A stretch of DNA of 64,000 nucleotides, from NCBI GenBank assembly GCA_019358915.1, contig JAHHIM010000055.1, positions 32,001 through 96,000 on the forward strand, given 5' to 3'. The notes beneath the pieces are model-generated. The model had not been told where the DNA came from. It saw nothing but the letters and a program-made list of their open reading frames with translations, and did no database searches. The translations under genes and the position numbers were made by a program. Shown one piece after another: positions 59,913 to 64,000 of the stretch (within the stretch, counting starts at the first letter, position 1; every line of letters starts with the position of its first letter). The DNA comes from Trichormus sp. ATA11-4-KO1 (lineage in GTDB: Bacteria; Cyanobacteriota; Cyanobacteriia; Cyanobacteriales; Nostocaceae).

Positions 59913-60647
59913 ATGGCTTATCAATCAGGCACTCAAGTGATTAAAGGCGAGCGTGCAGTTATTGAAGTAGCTGGCAAGCCTATTGAAGTGTTCATGTTAC
60001 CGAACGGAGATTATGTTTACTCTCAAGCTTCTGCCTGTGAATCCATTGGCAAAGACAGAAATGACTGGTCTAACTATCTACGCAGTAATAAGGGTTCCAC
60101 GGGTCGTCACCCCTCGGCTGAAACCCCTATTAATACGTTAGAGGATTTTGCAGAACCCCCACGGGCTAAGGGTTCCACGGGTCGTCACCAGGGTACTCTG
60201 GTATCAATCGGGCGGACTAGAGTAAAGGCGATTAATGATGTACAAGTAGCAGCTTACTGGTCTTGGAAGTCTAAGAACGGTAGCGTAGAAGCTGAGGCAC
60301 TGTTAACCGCATTAGTATCCGAGGCATTAGCCAGACGTGCTGACGATGCTTTTGGAATCAAAAAGGCTGAGGCAACCTATGAGCAACAGACAACTACTTT
60401 GAGACTAGACCTAATAGAACACGCCAAAGCGCAATATATGGCAGGGAATAAAGATGAGGTGTATTCCACACTCAGTGAGACTGAAGAGGAAATAAGTCTA
60501 CTTATGGTTACTATAGAGCGCCTAAAGTTATCCATAGACGATCTGGATAACTGGTTGATGCGTCATAAAGACTCAGAGAAGCTAGAGATAGCAGAAAATA
60601 GACTAAAAGCACTACTAGGTGTGCCAGTTAGTAAAGTGGCACAATAG
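59913..60647 (+). CDS. Antirepressor-like (P63C-N-type) phage DNA-binding protein
   Basis: IEVAGKPIEVFMLPNGDYVYSQASACESIG; AAYW...ALLTALVSEALARRADDAFG. Confidence 0.65.
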   Translation: MAYQSGTQVIKGERAVIEVAGKPIEVFMLPNGDYVYSQASACESIGKDRNDWSNYLRSNKGSTGRHPSAETPINTLEDFAEPPRAKGSTGRHQGTLVSIGRTRVKAINDVQVAAYWSWKSKNGSVEAEALLTALVSEALARRADDAFGIKKAEATYEQQTTTLRLDLIEHAKAQYMAGNKDEVYSTLSETEEEISLLMVTIERLKLSIDDLDNWLMRHKDSEKLEIAENRLKALLGVPVSKVAQ

Positions 60648-60678
60648 GGTTAACAGTTAGAGCAAACCAAGTTATAGT
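60645..60678 (+). promoter_or_regulatory. Phage promoter/operator cassette 8
   Basis: TAGGGTTAACA-17 bp-TATAGT, followed by a leader similar to that of cassette 5. Confidence 0.75.
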
Positions 60679-60706
60679 AGATACATAAGCAACCAAGGAG
60701 CCAACA

Positions 60707-61012
60707 ATGAGCCGTTTAACAACAACACAAGCCCGTCGTAACTTTACTTCAGTGTTAGCCAGACACAACGTTAATGACTTCCGTTCTGTGACTAACTTAG
60801 TATATAGAGAGCTATTCGGGTTAGATGCTAACGGGTTAAGAGAAGCCCACGGGTTACCTGATGGTACTAACTTACGGGAAAGCCTACCAGGGTTAGATTT
60901 AGCAGCTATTACTATGCTTGAAGCGTACGTGGCTATCAATATTGATAACTTTAACTCCATTGAAGATGCTATTAGCTACGCGGCTACGGAAGTTAAAGAC
61001 CTACTCGCATGA
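60707..61012 (+). CDS. Phage protein resembling antirepressor/DinD-like C-terminal domains
   Basis: TNLVYRELFGLDANGLRE..GL....NLRESL...DL..ITMLE. Confidence 0.65.
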   Translation: MSRLTTTQARRNFTSVLARHNVNDFRSVTNLVYRELFGLDANGLREAHGLPDGTNLRESLPGLDLAAITMLEAYVAINIDNFNSIEDAISYAATEVKDLLA

Positions 61013-61079
61013 ATAAGTGACCCGGTGGAAGCTACCAACTGTACGCCGGGTCGTCCAATAACCTTAGGGAGTACCAGAC

Positions 61080-61223
61080 ATGACTAATGATAAACGAGAA
61101 CAAGAAAAACAACAAGTACGCGAGCAATGGGTAAAAGATGAAGCCGAGTTGCAGATATACAAAGAACAGATAAAGTTATCCAAGGAAGCGGCGGAAAAAG
61201 ATAGCCGAGGTAGTGGGAGATAG
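61080..61223 (+). CDS. Small charged phage protein (47 aa)
   Basis: GGGAG RBS, MTNDKREQEKQQVREQWVKDEAEL... Confidence 0.6.
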   Translation: MTNDKREQEKQQVREQWVKDEAELQIYKEQIKLSKEAAEKDSRGSGR

Positions 61224-61254
61224 CTTATTATAGTGGTAGCCTAATACTACCACT

Positions 61255-61488
61255 ATGGATATACAAAACCAATATAAAGCATTAGAGACTAGCTTGATTG
61301 AACTCAGGGCTAGTCTTTCTACTGAGGACGCAGATTATATGATAGTCACTACCGCGCTTAGGGCACTTCGGCGATCGCAGATAGCCTATAGCCTAACCCG
61401 GTATTCAGATAGCCAGACACCTCTTGATAATAAACTACATCCATTACTAACGCCCTCTAAACTTACGCACAAGCGCACGGTGCGTTAA
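61255..61488 (+). CDS. Small phage protein (77 aa)
   Basis: ORF track; the start lies in the 10-bp hairpin ATAGTGGTAG/CTACCACTAT. Confidence 0.55.
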   Translation: MDIQNQYKALETSLIELRASLSTEDADYMIVTTALRALRRSQIAYSLTRYSDSQTPLDNKLHPLLTPSKLTHKRTVR

Positions 61489-61833
61489 TAGTTGATTACG
61501 GTCAACCCATAGTACTTGAGTATTTATACCTACCCATGAGCCATCTTGGGTGGGTTGAGCATTTAATATAAGTATCCCTTTAGCTAACTCATCCGGCGTG
61601 TAAGTCCTAGGGATTCCCTCAACCCATAGATCCTCTTGGTTAATGTCTACCTGGTTAGCCATAAAGTTTACAATGTCTTGCTTAGTCATTGTCATAACTT
61701 TAGGGCGAGGGATTAGCTCTTTAAACACACTACCTGATTTTAGGACTACTGTTTGGTATTGCGGGATTCCTAACCGGTCAGCTATGGCGGACATTCGGCT
61801 ATTAACATCAACTAGTCGGGAAACTAGACTCAC
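61447..61833 (-). CDS. Putative head-closure/neck protein
   Basis: Coupled to the gp10-like gene; size and position. Confidence 0.5.
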   Translation of the reverse strand: MSLVSRLVDVNSRMSAIADRLGIPQYQTVVLKSGSVFKELIPRPKVMTMTKQDIVNFMANQVDINQEDLWVEGIPRTYTPDELAKGILILNAQPTQDGSWVGINTQVLWVDRNQLLTHRALVRKFRGR

Positions 61834-62342
61834 GGTCTACCTCCACGGCGTAGAAGTGGTTTAGCGGCTCCTATAATGTCTTTTTGTTTACGCGTCAACT
61901 TAGTCTTAGGGTCAAACCCTCTGCGGTTGGAGAAACCGCCGGGTACATTATCTGACACTCGGTTACCGTAGGTGGGCTGGTCAGGGGTACCCACCATCTC
62001 AGCTATTACTGAGGCTCCTAATGTCCGTCCTAACTCTTTAGCTAACTCTTGCTCAAACACTAGGCTAATATCAATCAAGCTAGACGTTAGCATTTGCCTA
62101 GGTGCCATTTTACGGGTACCTAGTTCTACAAAACCAGCATAAGGTGTATCATTTAACCATCGGATGCCGTTACCCTCTAACTTAGCCTTCCAGTTACTTT
62201 TTAGCTCTCCAGTGTCCACCGGGGTTCTAGCGGATACTAAGGCTAACCCAAAGGTTTTAGCCACATTAGCGGCTTTAGTGATTGCCGGGGTGACTTTATT
62301 ACCTGTAAAAAGTTCCCCAAAGTAGCTTATTTCTGCGCTCAT
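61830..62342 (-). CDS. HK97 gp10-like morphogenesis protein
   Basis: TPVDTGELKSNW, NDTPYAGFVELGTRKMAPRQML. Confidence 0.88.
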   Translation of the reverse strand: MSAEISYFGELFTGNKVTPAITKAANVAKTFGLALVSARTPVDTGELKSNWKAKLEGNGIRWLNDTPYAGFVELGTRKMAPRQMLTSSLIDISLVFEQELAKELGRTLGASVIAEMVGTPDQPTYGNRVSDNVPGGFSNRRGFDPKTKLTRKQKDIIGAAKPLLRRGGRP

Positions 62343-62716
62343 GCGTAGTTCCTAACGACTAAGGGGGTGACTGATAAACCCTGAGGGCTTCTACCTAGGT
62401 ACTTATCAAACTTTAGGGTAACTCCTGATATTTGTTCTAGCTCTTTAAGCAGCCTAGTACCCTCGGCTTTAGTTATTAGGATGTTACGGTTAAAGTCTAC
62501 CTTAACGCCCCCCACATCTATAGCCATCGAGTCTTTACGGTTCTGTTCTAACTCAGCATCTATCAGTAGCAACTTAGACAGTATTGTCTGCATGTACTCG
62601 ATGTCATCAGATGTGTAGTCAGGGATCTGTATAGGGTTACTCGTGTACCTAGGGTCAAACTGGCGCGCCGAATAACCTAATACATAACATAAGTTTTGAT
62701 TAAACGACAGAGCCAT
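62339..62716 (-). CDS. Putative head-tail adaptor
   Basis: 125 aa, helical, VGGVKVDF motif; position. Confidence 0.5.
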   Translation of the reverse strand: MALSFNQNLCYVLGYSARQFDPRYTSNPIQIPDYTSDDIEYMQTILSKLLLIDAELEQNRKDSMAIDVGGVKVDFNRNILITKAEGTRLLKELEQISGVTLKFDKYLGRSPQGLSVTPLVVRNYA

Positions 62717-62721
62717 AAGTA

Positions 62722-63159
62722 TTACTGATATGTGGGTAATGAGTTGAATATTAGTACTAACTCAAACACTGCTAAACCTGAAGACTCACGATCCCAGGTG
62801 GGATACTTATAATCAGCTAACTGACAGTTAGAATATAGGATCTGCTTAGCACCGTCGAAGGGTGAACCAACCAAATCGGACTTAACGGGTTGAATGGCTA
62901 CGTTAAAGGGCGTAGGGTTAGCCACTTGTTGCTCTACCCAGTTAATAACTACCCCATCCTCTTTAGGATCGAAGTTTTTCATTACCGTTAGGTCTTCGAG
63001 GCTAAGAAAACCTACGAAAGTCTGTTCTATACCTTGTTTACCGTCGTTATATTTGATTTTCTCACGGGCTACTTTACCGCCGTTTAATGCCTTCCAATAT
63101 ACCCCTGAGATGTCAGAGATGGTAATGATGGCTTGCTTTTGAGATATGGGATTTAGCAT
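62722..63159 (-). CDS. Tail tube protein (gp19-like)
   Basis: YWKALNGG, EDLTV, NCQLADYKYPTWDRESSGLAVFELVL. Confidence 0.75.
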   Translation of the reverse strand: MLNPISQKQAIITISDISGVYWKALNGGKVAREKIKYNDGKQGIEQTFVGFLSLEDLTVMKNFDPKEDGVVINWVEQQVANPTPFNVAIQPVKSDLVGSPFDGAKQILYSNCQLADYKYPTWDRESSGLAVFELVLIFNSLPTYQ

Positions 63160-63196
63160 AGTTAAACGTGGTTTAAATATAAATAGTCAAATATTA

Positions 63197-63224
63197 AAGC
63201 CTCTTAGGTGATTCTAAGAGGCTT
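63197..63224. terminator. Hairpin after the major capsid gene
   Basis: AAGCCTCTTAG / CTAAGAGGCTT 11-bp stem. Confidence 0.65.
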
Positions 63225-63244
63225 ATTAGGCTATAAGCTAATAC

Positions 63245-64000
63245 TTAAAGTAGCGCACGGATAGCCTGAACCATTCGGCGATTTTCTACTTTCATCTGAG
63301 GTATCGTGAACATCTGGAAGGTTAAGGTACCTGGGTTAGTTTGAGGTAATAACGCCACGTTAATCCGCAAACCCCCTACTTCTGCGGAAGCGATGGTATT
63401 AAAGTTATCCTTTAGTCCGAAGCTAGCTAACTGACCCGCGTCTGCATCAGCTAAGTCAAAAGACATTAACTCGACACATGAGCTATCAAAGGTAACGATT
63501 TGTCCTACGGGGCAGTCTTTATCTGTTTTGATAGGTACGCCGTCATAATGGCGTTCACCAGGAGCTAAGTCTACAGCCGAGCGAGTTGTTACCCCTGAGA
63601 TTTGATAGTTACCCGCAATAGTATCAAATAGCTCATTATATACTTGGCTAGTTAATGGGGACGTTACGATGGTATTATACATCACCTCCTCTAACTGGAG
63701 TACCCGATGGAAATCATACAGGATTTTACGGGTTAGCGCTCGGTTAGCGCCGGAGGTGTCCAGGATAGGTACCCAGTTAGGGTAAGCCACAGGGTCTATG
63801 TTGGCATAAGGTACAGCAGGGTCTAAGACGACTGGGAAGCCTACAAAGCCACCGTCTGCCGCAATACCTGTACCCGTCCAGATTAGGTTATTAATCTTTT
63901 TCCGGATGGTTAGTAAACCTGCCTTGATGTGGTGACTAAACAGTCGCTTGATGTTGTTCGTCCCGCGTCTGCGAGCATCCACTAGCTCTACACGGTTAAG
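63245..64000 (-). CDS. Major capsid protein (5' part beyond the window)
   Basis: KINNLIWTGTG..GFVGF, IVTSP, YDGVPIKTDKDCP resemble HK97-fold capsid features; followed by a terminator. Confidence 0.78.
   Translation of the reverse strand, partial: LNRVELVDARRRGTNNIKRLFSHHIKAGLLTIRKKINNLIWTGTGIAADGGFVGFPVVLDPAVPYANIDPVAYPNWVPILDTSGANRALTRKILYDFHRVLQLEEVMYNTIVTSPLTSQVYNELFDTIAGNYQISGVTTRSAVDLAPGERHYDGVPIKTDKDCPVGQIVTFDSSCVELMSFDLADADAGQLASFGLKDNFNTIASAEVGGLRINVALLPQTNPGTLTFQMFTIPQMKVENRRMVQAIRALL

Larger units (their letters stand above)
53374..64000. mobile_element. Prophage (contractile-tail type), left part; continues beyond the window
   Basis: Abrupt compositional change after tRNA-Ala; only two HIP1 sites found by eye in 10.6 kb; capsid, tube, tape-measure and baseplate genes. 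Confidence 0.9.

Noticed and set aside
60089..60189. Repeat-spacer-repeat as a mini CRISPR array
   Set aside because: It is in frame within a CDS, has a 55-nt spacer, and has no CRISPR-like termini
53437..63159. Extracellular contractile injection system or tailocin instead of a prophage
   Set aside because: A capsid gene, head-tail genes, antirepressor-like genes and a tRNA junction indicate a phage

Overview
This is chromosomal DNA from a heterocyst-forming (Nostocales-type) cyanobacterium, judged from frequent HIP1 GCGATCGC sites, STRR-type heptamer tandem repeats, and psb28, xisH/xisI and NTRC genes. Bases 1-53373 are mostly core genome: two-component genes, Omp85, a Ser/Thr kinase, proB, nadA, thrC, rtcB and four tRNAs. 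This part also holds an AT-rich pilA/O-GlcNAc-transferase island with a RAYT transposase and its REP doublets, several MITEs with clean target-site duplications, and a trcR-like/HNH locus with an apparent transcription attenuator. From the 3' end of tRNA-Ala(CGC) (53373) to the window end lies a prophage with contractile-tail-type baseplate genes. Its minus-strand structural module is repeatedly interrupted by plus-strand small-gene cassettes. Most of these cassettes begin with a copy of a sigma70-consensus promoter carrying a pseudo-palindromic operator (8 copies, two degenerate). Other highlights are a T9 tract splitting a probable ~1830-aa methyltransferase-glycosyltransferase-OGT fusion, a candidate +1 frameshift in the tail chaperone, and a candidate structured phage RNA. 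All calls come from reading the sequence and recalled family motifs; no searches were run.
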